IMG/VR virus record: IMGVR_UViG_3300029531_000014
Length of the DNA: 41,788 nucleotides
Reading direction: 5' to 3' (one strand)
DNA from: a virus
Shown: in pieces, positions 7,367 to 15,936 of the stretch
Position numbering within the stretch: the stretch's first letter is position 1
Layout of the letters: each line of letters begins with the position of its first letter
Program-made: the position numbers and the translations under genes
Notes under the pieces: model-generated
What the model was told of the DNA's origin: nothing
Databases searched by the model: none
The model's input: the letters and a program-made list of their open reading frames with translations, nothing else

Positions 7367-8667
7367 TATTTCTTTCCTCCATAACGTTTTCGCTCCCTAG
7401 CTCCTGTTCTCCATACCGTTACAACATTTCCTGTGTCTGGGTTTATGTTGACTGTAGCTTCTGCGCCAATAAAGCGTTGGCTTTTTTGTCCTTTGTTGTC
7501 TGTCTTAACTTCCCGGACATATAGGGGATTTGTCACAGCATCGAGAACATGCGAAGATGCCACGCCTCTTTGGTCCCCACGGTCGATTGAGTGGGCTGAA
7601 ACCATTTTGATCTCAATGCCATTTGACGTTCTTTTTCCTATTATATCACTGTATGTGCGGCTTTGCACCCACCTTTCCCACTGTTTATAGGTCATTTCTT
7701 CAACAACCACATTCCGCCCGGTTTTCGGGTCACGCACACGCATTTTTCTCGGTTCCGCTTCTATACCCGGCTTTTCCACCGTCCGCATGGTGCAGCGGCA
7801 TCTGTAGACATTGGAGGGCTTAGCTTGCGGGTCGCCAGGATAGCGTATCTTCCCCAATTCGGAGTTGAAAGACTCATCCCATTCCACTGTCTGTCCGTCT
7901 AGTTTCTGGTGACTGTGGCGGGTCTTTCCGTCTTTGGTAGCCACCCACTGCTTGCGCACTTTAATCCCCTTATCCGCAGCGGCTTTATAGCTGTCCATCC
8001 GTCCGCCGTTCTGGGCGCTAGTAATGGACGTCTGGGCCGCTCGCACGGCGCTGGCACGGTTCATCTCCGTCACCCTGGCTTGCAAATCGGTAGCAATCTT
8101 CCCCACGCTTTTACCTTGCAAAAGTCCGCTGGTAACGCTCTTGGTGATTTGTTTCTTACCCCACTTTAAATCAATTCCCCGTTTGATGGCCTTTTTCTTA
8201 GGGTAATAGGGCATCAGGTCAGGCTCTTCCACGATGAGCCGCCGAATGGTGGATTCATCCCACAAGGTAAACCCCACGTTTCCGGCCACTTTTTCAATGG
8301 TGTACGCCGCATAGTTGCGGTTGAGGGAGTAAATACCCGGCGTGGCGTCATTCACATAGGCGATTGCCACCTCGTTTGCCTTGGTCATACGTTGCGCTAT
8401 CTTCTCCCGCAGGTCTTGATACCGTTCTCCCCGTCCGATCTGGTTGCGCCGCCATCGCTTATAATCCTGCTCCGTCCAAACTTTGCCGTTGATCTCTGTT
8501 CCGATTAGGGCTTTCATTTCCTCATCCCGCTTGCGGAAGCGCTCAAAGTAAATTTTGATAGCGTCGGAAAGCTCGTCCCGCGCCTCTCGGTACACTTTGG
8601 CAATACGCTTTTCCAGCGCGACCAGTTCCTTTTCGGTCAGACGATGGGCTTCATCAGGCTTCGGCAC
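7366..8667 (-). CDS. Head morphogenesis protein (SPP1 gp7 / Mu F family) with a C-terminal toxin-like extension
   Basis: MuF core motifs are present (RAAQTSITSAQNGGR...WVATKDGKTRHSHQKLDGQ...YRCRCTM). A further roughly 130 aa follow, ending SAHSIDRGDQRGVASSHVLDAV...ATVNINPDTGNVVTVWRTG, which looks RelE/BECR-fold or DUF4258-like. Confidence 0.8.
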   Translation of the reverse strand: MPKPDEAHRLTEKELVALEKRIAKVYREARDELSDAIKIYFERFRKRDEEMKALIGTEINGKVWTEQDYKRWRRNQIGRGERYQDLREKIAQRMTKANEVAIAYVNDATPGIYSLNRNYAAYTIEKVAGNVGFTLWDESTIRRLIVEEPDLMPYYPKKKAIKRGIDLKWGKKQITKSVTSGLLQGKSVGKIATDLQARVTEMNRASAVRAAQTSITSAQNGGRMDSYKAAADKGIKVRKQWVATKDGKTRHSHQKLDGQTVEWDESFNSELGKIRYPGDPQAKPSNVYRCRCTMRTVEKPGIEAEPRKMRVRDPKTGRNVVVEEMTYKQWERWVQSRTYSDIIGKRTSNGIEIKMVSAHSIDRGDQRGVASSHVLDAVTNPLYVREVKTDNKGQKSQRFIGAEATVNINPDTGNVVTVWRTGARERKRYGGKK

Positions 8668-10054
8668 CCTCCGTCACCTCGGTTTCCTCTTCCACCTCCG
8701 GTGGGAATGTTTCTTCTTCCAACCGCTCTGTTTCCTCCGCCGCCTTGCGCTCCATCAACGCGTCGTATTGGTCGGCGTCACCGTTGATGGTCAGCAGCTT
8801 TTTTGTAATATATTCGTCGTCGTAATACTCCGCGCCCATGAGGATGGTCTGCGTCTCTTCGGCCCGGTTAATGATGCGGCTACGAGTGTAGGATGGTTCA
8901 TCGTCAATGCCCGCCAAGGCCAGAATCCCAAGAATAAATTCTGTTACGCTGGCCTCAAAGTCATCTACCTTGAGATCAAGAGGCGTGTAGCTGGCGGCAA
9001 TGGCCGTGGCTGTTTGATTGCCAGCTGATACCGCCGAGCTGTCAAACGCCTGGAAATCTTCGTATAGCTTACGTTTGAGCATGTCGATGGTCGCCTCAGT
9101 ACCGCTGAACGGCGCTTCAATGGTGTGCGGTTCGGCTGTTGCTCCCTCATCCCCCTCAACTCCGGCGTGAACGATATGCATCGTGCGCACTTTGTCCAAG
9201 AACTTTGCGTCATCCAGATCCTCCATACCACCGCAGTTAGTCAGCACCCAATAGATCAGATTCCCCTCATCGACATTGTTGACCATGTTGGAGGTACAGA
9301 GGTCGAGCGCATCCACAGTATTTCTCTTTCCGGTCAATTCTGAGAGAGCATCTTCACCATTTTTTAGTGGCACAATCGGGAAGGACGGATAATTCTCGCC
9401 GTCGTAGATTTCCGTCCCATCTGCCTCAGTGCTACGCAAATGCAGGATGTAAGACCGCTTCTCTTTTTTGACTGTCATATCTTCACCGCTACGCTGGATG
9501 TAGTCCGTGTATCCGTCCTCTTCGTACAGAGTTGCTCGCAACGGCTTGTCTTTCGCCACCTGCCAGAAACGGATGCCGGCCATCAGTGCGCCATTCTCTT
9601 CATCATAAAGAGGAACAAATTCCCGCAACTTGAACACGTCCACATGGTCGAGATTCCAAAAACCAAACGAAACGCCAGCAATCAGGGCATATTTCCCGGC
9701 TCTGACTATTTCCAAGTCAAACTTCTTGCCCAGCTTGTCCTTTGTTGCATCATTCTGAAATGTCACACCATTGCCCAAGAGATAGGAAACCTCTTGCCGC
9801 ACATCAAGGCCAAAAAAGCTGCTTGCGATCTTGTGGTTTGCTGTGTACATATCCCTATGAGCATGACCCTGCATATCGTATATAATTTTCTCGTAGCGAT
9901 TGATGGTCGGATTCTCTCCCTTAAAGTATAGTTCAGCATCTACCGCCATTTTATAGGCCTCGCTGCCTTTGTGCTCATTGATCGCCTGCTGGATAAAATC
10001 CATCCGGGCTTTTTCATCTTTTCCCACGGCAAGTAAATCCTGATATGTAAGCAA
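8654..10054 (-). CDS. Portal protein (SPP1 gp6-like)
   Basis: 466 aa between terL and MuF, with an acidic C-terminus and a TTG start after GAGGTGA. Confidence 0.85.
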   Translation of the reverse strand: MLTYQDLLAVGKDEKARMDFIQQAINEHKGSEAYKMAVDAELYFKGENPTINRYEKIIYDMQGHAHRDMYTANHKIASSFFGLDVRQEVSYLLGNGVTFQNDATKDKLGKKFDLEIVRAGKYALIAGVSFGFWNLDHVDVFKLREFVPLYDEENGALMAGIRFWQVAKDKPLRATLYEEDGYTDYIQRSGEDMTVKKEKRSYILHLRSTEADGTEIYDGENYPSFPIVPLKNGEDALSELTGKRNTVDALDLCTSNMVNNVDEGNLIYWVLTNCGGMEDLDDAKFLDKVRTMHIVHAGVEGDEGATAEPHTIEAPFSGTEATIDMLKRKLYEDFQAFDSSAVSAGNQTATAIAASYTPLDLKVDDFEASVTEFILGILALAGIDDEPSYTRSRIINRAEETQTILMGAEYYDDEYITKKLLTINGDADQYDALMERKAAEETERLEEETFPPEVEEETEVTEGAEA

Positions 10055-10058
10055 AAAA

Positions 10059-11291
10059 TCACCTCTCCCACAGTGGGATATATTGCTGTTGTCCCGCCTT
10101 GCGCACCTTATGCCGAAGAATGGTCATTGTGAAGTAACGTATATCATCCATGGCGTGGTCGTTCTCCTTGATCGGCTTGTCCTCCGTGGATTTTTCATCC
10201 CAGCGATACAAGCCGAACTCCCGGATCGCGTCTTTGCAGCTCCGATATACCTTGATCGTCCCGTCTTGGATATATCGGGCCGTAGTAGCAATCCCCGGAA
10301 TCACATCATTGACTGCCTTTTGTACCCTGAACCTCTTGTGCCGCCGGATGACCTCAATAAACGATGCTGCCGACGGGTCAATGACAACGGACTTCACTGG
10401 CAAATCACCAGCCAGCTTTTCCAGTTCAATATAATATTCCTCGTCGGTCTTGTTACTGCGTTCATCCCGCCCCGAGTAGTAGTATTCCCGCACCCGCGTA
10501 GCCACCTTGCCATTCCAGCACCACAGTCCAGCGGAAAATGGGTTTAATGTGCCATAGTCACAGGACATATAATACTCACCACTCTCCGGCACCTCGTCCG
10601 TAATGTTTCTCTCATCAAACATAGGATACACCAGCCCCTCCGCCACAACCCACAACCCTCTAATGAACCGATCATAAAACACACCGGAGAACATGGATTC
10701 ATACTGCTCAATGACCTTCTCCGTCAGCCCTGGGTTATCTCGCATGGTGAAGTGGAGATACAACGCATTTCTTTCATCATGCTTCTTAATCCATTCCAGA
10801 TAAAACCAATGCTGCGGGCTTTCTGGGTTGCAGGAGAACCATTTCTTGTTCCCATCCACAGAACAACGCGCCAGGGCCTGTTCCACGAAGGAACGGGGCA
10901 TAAGCGCAACCTCATCCAATAGAACACCTGCCAGCGTTCGCCCTTGGATCAGTGCCGCGCTGCTTTCATCCTTGCCGCCAAACACCTCAAACCAATTTGT
11001 CGTAGTTCCCCGGCGCACCTCAAGGATCTTCTCTGACCGGCGCCAACGCATGGTATACTTTTCTTTTGCCAGCGTCATAGCTGTGAAAGGGACAATAATA
11101 TTCTTTGAGCATGAATCAACGGTTTTCCCACAAATACCAAACCGCTGACCAGAGAAGTTTTCCATGGCCCAGCGAACAAACGCCCACATCATGATAGAGG
11201 TTTTGCCTGATCGGACTGCACCATCGCAGATAATGGCATCATATTTGGAGTATGGGAATGCAAGGATTTTCTTTTGTTGTGGACTAATCAT
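10059..11291 (-). CDS. terL: Terminase large subunit (PBSX / Terminase_3-like)
   Basis: Walker A motif DGAVRSGKTS, plus LLDE and a C-terminal nuclease region. The ATG overlaps the terS end. Confidence 0.9.
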   Translation of the reverse strand: MISPQQKKILAFPYSKYDAIICDGAVRSGKTSIMMWAFVRWAMENFSGQRFGICGKTVDSCSKNIIVPFTAMTLAKEKYTMRWRRSEKILEVRRGTTTNWFEVFGGKDESSAALIQGRTLAGVLLDEVALMPRSFVEQALARCSVDGNKKWFSCNPESPQHWFYLEWIKKHDERNALYLHFTMRDNPGLTEKVIEQYESMFSGVFYDRFIRGLWVVAEGLVYPMFDERNITDEVPESGEYYMSCDYGTLNPFSAGLWCWNGKVATRVREYYYSGRDERSNKTDEEYYIELEKLAGDLPVKSVVIDPSAASFIEVIRRHKRFRVQKAVNDVIPGIATTARYIQDGTIKVYRSCKDAIREFGLYRWDEKSTEDKPIKENDHAMDDIRYFTMTILRHKVRKAGQQQYIPLWER

Positions 11292-11703
11292 CGCTTTCCA
11301 ACTCCTTTGCCATCTCTCGCAAGCTCTGGCTCAAACCATCTTCCTTTGCATCATTCCCAGGACCACCGCCAAAGGCTGTGAATTTATCAATCAGTGTCCC
11401 AAGCGCTGTCGTAACCTCTGCGGCGCTGCGTGCATTCTGAATCTTCTCTGGAAGAACGGAAAGTCCTACCTCAATAATATCGCATACTGCTTGCCTGCGA
11501 CTTTCCATGTAGGCAAGGATATCGGCTGTATTTTCTTCCTTTTTTTGTCTAAGTTTCTCTGCGAAATCTTCAGATGCCTCCACGACACGCCGAGCAGTTT
11601 CCCCACACACATGATTTCTTTTGGCAACTGCGTTGTAGCTGCCAAGTTCCAGATAATCAGCCACTATTTTCTTTTTCTTCTTATCTGTCAACCGTGCAGC
11701 CAT
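11284..11703 (-). CDS. terS: Terminase small subunit
   Basis: ATG 11703 follows GAGGTTAGTT. N-terminal HTH-like segment MAARLTDKKKKKIVADYLELGSYNAVAKRNHV. It lies immediately upstream of terL. Confidence 0.65.
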   Translation of the reverse strand: MAARLTDKKKKKIVADYLELGSYNAVAKRNHVCGETARRVVEASEDFAEKLRQKKEENTADILAYMESRRQAVCDIIEVGLSVLPEKIQNARSAAEVTTALGTLIDKFTAFGGGPGNDAKEDGLSQSLREMAKELESDD

Positions 11704-11732
11704 AACTAACCTCATCAATAAAAATCTATTTT

Positions 11733-11806
11733 TGGTGGTTCCTCTTGGAATCGAACCAAGGCCCGGCAGTTATGAGCTGCCTGCTCGACCTTCGAGCTAA
11801 AGAACC
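11733..11806 (-). tRNA. tRNA with anticodon CAU (Met, or Ile2 if lysidine-modified), CCA encoded
   Basis: Hand-folded 74-nt cloverleaf: GGTTCTT-TA-GCTC-GAAGGTC-GAGC-A-GGCAG-CTCATAA-CTGCC-GGGC-CTTGG-TTCGATT-CCAAG-AGGAACC-A-CCA. G1-C72 are paired, so it is not an initiator type. Confidence 0.85.
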
Positions 11807-12233
11807 AGATACCCCTTTCGGGGTATGTTGCGGGTTTTGTCAGGCTTTCCGCAGGCCTGTTTACACTTCCGCACGCACCTTCTCTGAAATGGTCTGCGTC
11901 TCCAACCGCAGTTTTCAGTGAAATGGCGAATGGTACGTGCTTCGGTTCACTTCGCGGCCGCAAAGCAATTTGCTGATTCGATAGAAGCACAATCTCCTTC
12001 CATCAAATTTCCCCAGCTGGGAATGGTCACCCGTTTTGGAGTTGCACCAAAATCTGCTCTGGCCGGGTGATAGAGAGACGAGAACAAGGCTCGCGCTCCC
12101 AAAGAAAAAGGAGGTACGCCCGATATTGAGACCGCCTCGGAGCCGGGCGAAGGAGGAAGAAAATCTTCTGTTTTATACATAGCGGCAAAGAAAATAAATT
12201 TTCTTTGCCTGCGTATGTATAAAACCATTTTCT
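11807..12233 (-). ncRNA. Unclassified large structured RNA / structured leader ending at the tRNA
   Basis: No credible ORF is present. The region has its own promoter, a 23-bp 5' hairpin, many nested helices and GNRA loops (details in findings). Confidence 0.5.
12170..12225. repeat. 56-nt near-perfect palindrome (12 bp + 11 bp helix, 4-nt loop)
   Basis: GTTTTATACATA-CGCA-GGCAAAGAAAA-TTTA-TTTTCTTTGCC-GC-TATGTATAAAAC on the minus strand, about 8 nt after the predicted transcription start. Confidence 0.85.
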
Positions 12234-12239
12234 GTCTAA

Positions 12240-12268
12240 ATTATATCGCAGCCCTCCATTTCGGTCAA
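12240..12268 (-). promoter_or_regulatory. Near-consensus sigmaA/sigma70 promoter TTGACC-17-TATAAT
   Basis: -35 at 12268..12263 and -10 at 12245..12240, about 25 nt downstream of the RuvC-like stop. Confidence 0.6.
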
Positions 12269-12294
12269 ATTGTTAGACGATCTTAACACTTTGT

Positions 12295-12762
12295 TTACAA
12301 TTTCAGTTTTGTTTCTATGTACGTAATTCCAACCGCATACGCCGCCCATACATCGGCAGAGAACCCATAGAACCAATCTGGGTTCTTTTTGGTTCCCTTC
12401 CCGTTTTTTAGATCATGGGTTGCAAATCGATCAATCAGTGCGCGGCGAATATTGCCATCCTTGGCCCTGCTGTCATGGCAGAGATGGAGTTTTTCATCCT
12501 GGCGGTATATGTAGTCCACTGGCTTCTGTGCTGCTTGCGTGAATCTCCCCACCCATTCGCAGGTTTCAAAAACATTGCGTCCAACCGGCATGCCGTAGCT
12601 TGCCAAGCGTTCAATGACCACAAGATCATACTTCTCCAACTGGAGCACCAAAAGGACCTCGGCATTTTCTGCTTTGCCAAACCGCAGCGGACGTAAATCT
12701 TCGCTGTCTATGAAGCAATAGGCGCTCTGCTTGTCCCCTGGGTCAATCGCTAAGATTGTCAT
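12295..12762 (-). CDS. RuvC-like Holliday junction resolvase (phage type)
   Basis: MTILAIDPGDKQSAY...VVIERLASYGMPVGRNVFETCEWVGRF, an RNase H-fold resolvase pattern. Confidence 0.65.
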   Translation of the reverse strand: MTILAIDPGDKQSAYCFIDSEDLRPLRFGKAENAEVLLVLQLEKYDLVVIERLASYGMPVGRNVFETCEWVGRFTQAAQKPVDYIYRQDEKLHLCHDSRAKDGNIRRALIDRFATHDLKNGKGTKKNPDWFYGFSADVWAAYAVGITYIETKLKL

Positions 12763-12980
12763 TCATTGCCCTCATGCTGTCCGCCCTCCCCGTCGTGGAC
12801 TTTCTTTTTCATCTCTTTTGCGGCTCCTTCGCCTACACCAAGAGCATACGAATAAATCATCCAGCAAACGAAGCTTCCTACCCAGCAGAAAACCAAAACA
12901 GGCATCGGGACTATAAACCATCCGTTTGCTTTGACAATAGACAGGATGATGCCCAGAAAAAGAAGCAGTTTAATCATCAT
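12759..12980 (-). CDS. Small two-TM membrane protein
   Basis: ATG 12980 overlaps the YopX end. It reads MMIKLLLFLGIILSIV...VPMPVLVFCWVGSFVCWMIY. Confidence 0.5.
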   Translation of the reverse strand: MMIKLLLFLGIILSIVKANGWFIVPMPVLVFCWVGSFVCWMIYSYALGVGEGAAKEMKKKVHDGEGGQHEGNE

Positions 12981-13410
12981 CGTAGCCCTCCCCGTCGTGG
13001 GTGGAGCCGATGACCTCAATTCCGCTCGTTGACAGATGTATATTTACGCCCATGCTTTCAGCGCCATTCAACCAAACACAAAATCTATTCCACTCTTGGT
13101 CATAGCATACAGGGGATTCTTTTTGTTCGCCGTTCCAGTTCGCCCAATGGATGATATCCCCCTCAAAAATCTTCATTCCGTTCTTATCAGTTATTCCGGT
13201 GTACTCGCAGACCGTGGAGGGGTCAACCTCAACTTCATCGTACTCGTGGAGGTTATCAATCCAGCCGAAAAACGTAATTAGACTACCATCATGGGCGCAC
13301 TGGCATTTCCCTTGCCTTTTTAAGGTGCAATCAGCACGGTCATATACCGGATATCCTTCCACCCATTCGCCATTATCCAGCCGCTTAGCTTTGAAAAGGA
13401 TCTCTCTCAT
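12970..13410 (-). CDS. YopX-family protein
   Basis: MREILFKAKRLDNGEWVEGY...EYTGITDKNGMKIFEGDII...IEVIGSTHD. Confidence 0.75.
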   Translation of the reverse strand: MREILFKAKRLDNGEWVEGYPVYDRADCTLKRQGKCQCAHDGSLITFFGWIDNLHEYDEVEVDPSTVCEYTGITDKNGMKIFEGDIIHWANWNGEQKESPVCYDQEWNRFCVWLNGAESMGVNIHLSTSGIEVIGSTHDGEGYDDD

Positions 13411-14033
13411 TCTGCGCCTCCGATGATCTCAATTAAATCAAACTCATTGCTCGGACGAATAGATGGGAAAAATTTATTTGGAAAATCATTTTTCGCTCTG
13501 TTTCCTACTTTCCACCATAGTTGTCCATTCTCATAACGTCCAAAAACAATGTCTTTTCTCTCATATAAACTCAAAATAAGCTCTGCTATCACTATCTCTT
13601 CTTCCGTCCAGCGGGGCTTGCGGATGATGTAATCAGCGTTGTTGATAATGTAACAAAGTTCGCTGGAGGTTACTTCTCCACCACGTGCATTTCTGATTTC
13701 TCCATTTGCACCGACAAAATAAGTTTTCGGCTCGTCAAATGGGAAGTCGTTAAACTGGAAGTTCTGGTTTACCTCCACCCCCAGCACCTCGCAAATTCTT
13801 GGCTTGCCCATGCGAGCGCCATAAGAGCAATAGTCCGTTTCGGTAATTTCCATTCCGGACGCTGGGCAAATCAGAAATCCCTTCTTGTTGATTTTTGCGT
13901 CCTGGTAATATTGGCAATCTTTACAGCGTACCACCTCCACCACATCAGGCCCTAGGTCAATATCAATCGGTCCGTGGTTCATATGCTCGTTGCACTTGGC
14001 CATCGCCTTAAAAGCTGGGATGTGTATTTTCAT
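13407..14033 (-). CDS. Hypothetical protein (Cys-rich N-terminal region)
   Basis: ATG 14033 follows GGAGGATTAAAA. 208 aa. Confidence 0.6.
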   Translation of the reverse strand: MKIHIPAFKAMAKCNEHMNHGPIDIDLGPDVVEVVRCKDCQYYQDAKINKKGFLICPASGMEITETDYCSYGARMGKPRICEVLGVEVNQNFQFNDFPFDEPKTYFVGANGEIRNARGGEVTSSELCYIINNADYIIRKPRWTEEEIVIAELILSLYERKDIVFGRYENGQLWWKVGNRAKNDFPNKFFPSIRPSNEFDLIEIIGGAE

Positions 14034-14035
14034 TT

Positions 14036-14317
14036 TTAATCCTCCTTGTCCATGGGAGCGCCGCAGTTGGGGCAAATCGCAGTATTTACGATGTATACTG
14101 ACCTAACATGACAAACACTGCAAGTTCCACACATACAACTTTTAATTAGTCTATTTGGCCCTAAAAACTCCCATCTCCCGTGCCTCACCTCCGCAACGTC
14201 GGCGGCGGGCTCTTTCAGAACAATATCAAACGTTGACCCAGGAAGGACATCAGCTCGTCTTGTTTCATCATACCCAAGATTTTTTAAGAGCTGTGCCCTC
14301 TCAATGTACTCCTTCAT
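14036..14317 (-). CDS. Hypothetical zinc-ribbon protein
   Basis: CMCGTCSVC...CPNCGAPM at the C-terminus. Confidence 0.6.
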   Translation of the reverse strand: MKEYIERAQLLKNLGYDETRRADVLPGSTFDIVLKEPAADVAEVRHGRWEFLGPNRLIKSCMCGTCSVCHVRSVYIVNTAICPNCGAPMDKED

Positions 14318-15060
14318 TCCTTTTCCCTCCGTAGTGCGGCCTCGGCCTCCTCGCGGGTCAAAATCTCAAATGACCACAGAGCGCAGTAATCATCTGTTTC
14401 CGCGTGACCACACCTGTACATCCATTCGGGCTTTTCGCCAAGGAGATGGAGTTCTGCCGTTCTAACCTCCCAGGCATCGCCAAAGCGGTCATAAATTGCA
14501 TCGCCTATGGTGTACTTCGAGATTTTCCCCTCCCTGTCCGCCTGGGCCAGTTCGCGGAGGCGGTCAGGCGTAACGCCCAGAAGCTGGCCTGTCCGTTTTA
14601 GCAGTGCGTCCTCGGTGAATGCTCTCTTAAAGTCCTCCGGCGCCAGCTCCGTTTCCTCATAAGCAGCAAGGCGGTCAAGGATTTTACTATCTATCTGACA
14701 ATCCCCACCCATTTTCCTGCAATCATCTCTTGCCATATTGCATGTAAGTTCTCCATTGCCAAGCCTATGAGTTAATCTTTCCATATGCTTCTTTAGATGA
14801 CCCAACTCCATTCCAAGCCGTAAAATTTCAGCGTCTTTTGTACGAGCAAAATCTAAAGATTCACGAGCTTGAGACATCTCGGCCCGCAGCTGCTCGTTTT
14901 CGGCCTGGAGCGTGGAAACCTTGGAAATTTCATCAGCGGCATCTACCATGATTTGTTCAAAATCAGAGCAGTCCATTCCAAGAACTTCTCCGTTGATATG
15001 GTAGCCATAGGCACATGCCTCTAAATTCTTCAACTGCTCAATCAGTTTCTCAATGTCCAT
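14314..15060 (-). CDS. Hypothetical protein with central coiled coil
   Basis: 248-aa ORF with ATGA-type overlaps to its neighbours. Confidence 0.6.
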   Translation of the reverse strand: MDIEKLIEQLKNLEACAYGYHINGEVLGMDCSDFEQIMVDAADEISKVSTLQAENEQLRAEMSQARESLDFARTKDAEILRLGMELGHLKKHMERLTHRLGNGELTCNMARDDCRKMGGDCQIDSKILDRLAAYEETELAPEDFKRAFTEDALLKRTGQLLGVTPDRLRELAQADREGKISKYTIGDAIYDRFGDAWEVRTAELHLLGEKPEWMYRCGHAETDDYCALWSFEILTREEAEAALRREKE

Positions 15061-15272
15061 CAGGTGTCCTCCTCTCCCTCCGGCGGGCGGTTGGAATTTT
15101 TCAACCTATATCCCTCATCAAATGCGGACAAGAATTTATCAAGAATCCGGTCCCGCAGCTTGTTATATCTTAACAGGTTATTGTGGCTTCCACCTTTGCA
15201 CGGTGCGGGCAACTTTCCAAGCTCCCTCATCTCAACGATCATGCGGGTTATGTCTTGATTGATATCATTCAT
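15060..15272 (-). CDS. Hypothetical protein
   Basis: 70 aa. The ATG lies inside ATGAATGA at the end of the upstream small ORF. Confidence 0.55.
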   Translation of the reverse strand: MNDINQDITRMIVEMRELGKLPAPCKGGSHNNLLRYNKLRDRILDKFLSAFDEGYRLKNSNRPPEGEEDT

Positions 15273-15417
15273 CTTTCAGCGTCTCCTTCCACCACGTCCC
15301 GTCTGGTTTATCCCTCCGAATGCTTTTATAAAATGCACATTTACTTGCTTCGGTTATGTTAAAGTGAGCACTTGGGCAAACATCCTCGAAAGCACAACTG
15401 TCGCAAATATCAGCCAT
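15265..15417 (-). CDS. Small Cys-containing hypothetical protein (50 aa)
   Basis: MADICDSCAFEDVCPSAHFNITEASKCAFYKSIRRDKPDGTWWKETLKDE. The ATG lies inside ATGGCTGA. It is below the track cutoff. Confidence 0.45.
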   Translation of the reverse strand: MADICDSCAFEDVCPSAHFNITEASKCAFYKSIRRDKPDGTWWKETLKDE

Positions 15418-15580
15418 CTTTCAGCGCCTCCAATCTCCATGTACTATACGGAGCATGATACAATCGCCCATCATCTGTACACACCATAATCTGCATTGCT
15501 GAGGCGGTCGGGGTGTAGATTTTTGTTATCACGCCCCGGACACCGCTCACCATGCAAACGACCCTGTCACCTATCTCCAT
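15410..15580 (-). CDS. Small hypothetical protein (56 aa, SH3/KOW-like N-terminus)
   Basis: MEIGDRVVCMVSGVRGVITKIYTPTASAMQIMVCTDDGRLYHAPYSTWRLEALKDG. It overlaps the upstream gene by 14 nt. Confidence 0.5.
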   Translation of the reverse strand: MEIGDRVVCMVSGVRGVITKIYTPTASAMQIMVCTDDGRLYHAPYSTWRLEALKDG

Positions 15581-15920
15581 ACAGCGCCTCCAATCTCTCC
15601 ATCACCATCTGCACGGCCTCGTCCGTCATGGGAGCGCCGCAGGAAGGACAGAAATTTCCATCTTTCACAAAAAGGGAGATCGCAAACGCTTCGTATCCAC
15701 ACTTTGAGCATTTAACAACAGCAAAATGATCTATTTCGCTTGTATGACTATATTTCCACTTCCCCCTCCACACCTTCTCCACCTGCTCCCGGCTGACAGG
15801 ACGGAGGGCGGAGAGGGCGGCTTCCTGCCGTGCGTTTACCCATTCTGACAATGTTTCGGTTTCGATGTGTTCGCAAATCTCGTTGACGTTCACATCAGCA
15901 ATCAAATCTTTTAGGCTCAC
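15567..15920 (-). CDS. Hypothetical protein with C-terminal zinc ribbon
   Basis: CSKCGYEAF...CPSCGAPM. Confidence 0.6.
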   Translation of the reverse strand: MSLKDLIADVNVNEICEHIETETLSEWVNARQEAALSALRPVSREQVEKVWRGKWKYSHTSEIDHFAVVKCSKCGYEAFAISLFVKDGNFCPSCGAPMTDEAVQMVMERLEALYGDR

Positions 15921-15936
15921 TCCATCCCCTCCTGCG

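Noticed and set aside
12170-12225. The 56-nt palindrome as the intrinsic terminator of the early operon
   Set aside because: It lies downstream of the consensus promoter rather than upstream, and has no U-tract in either orientation. It is kept as a structural element of the RNA (processing, attenuation or antitermination site) rather than a simple terminator.
11715-12228. Track ORFs 11715..11990 (-) and 11947..12228 (-) as protein genes between the RuvC-like gene and terS
   Set aside because: The first runs straight through a complete tRNA cloverleaf and the second starts inside a 23-bp hairpin. Both lack an SD and have odd composition, so the region is better explained as structured RNA.
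11733-12233. tmRNA (ssrA), suggested by the tRNA-like 3' end with CCA preceded by a long structured region
   Set aside because: The 3' element is a complete 74-nt tRNA with its own 5' acceptor strand and a CAU anticodon loop. No tag-peptide reading frame with a resume codon context, and no long-range acceptor pairing to the 5' end, was found.
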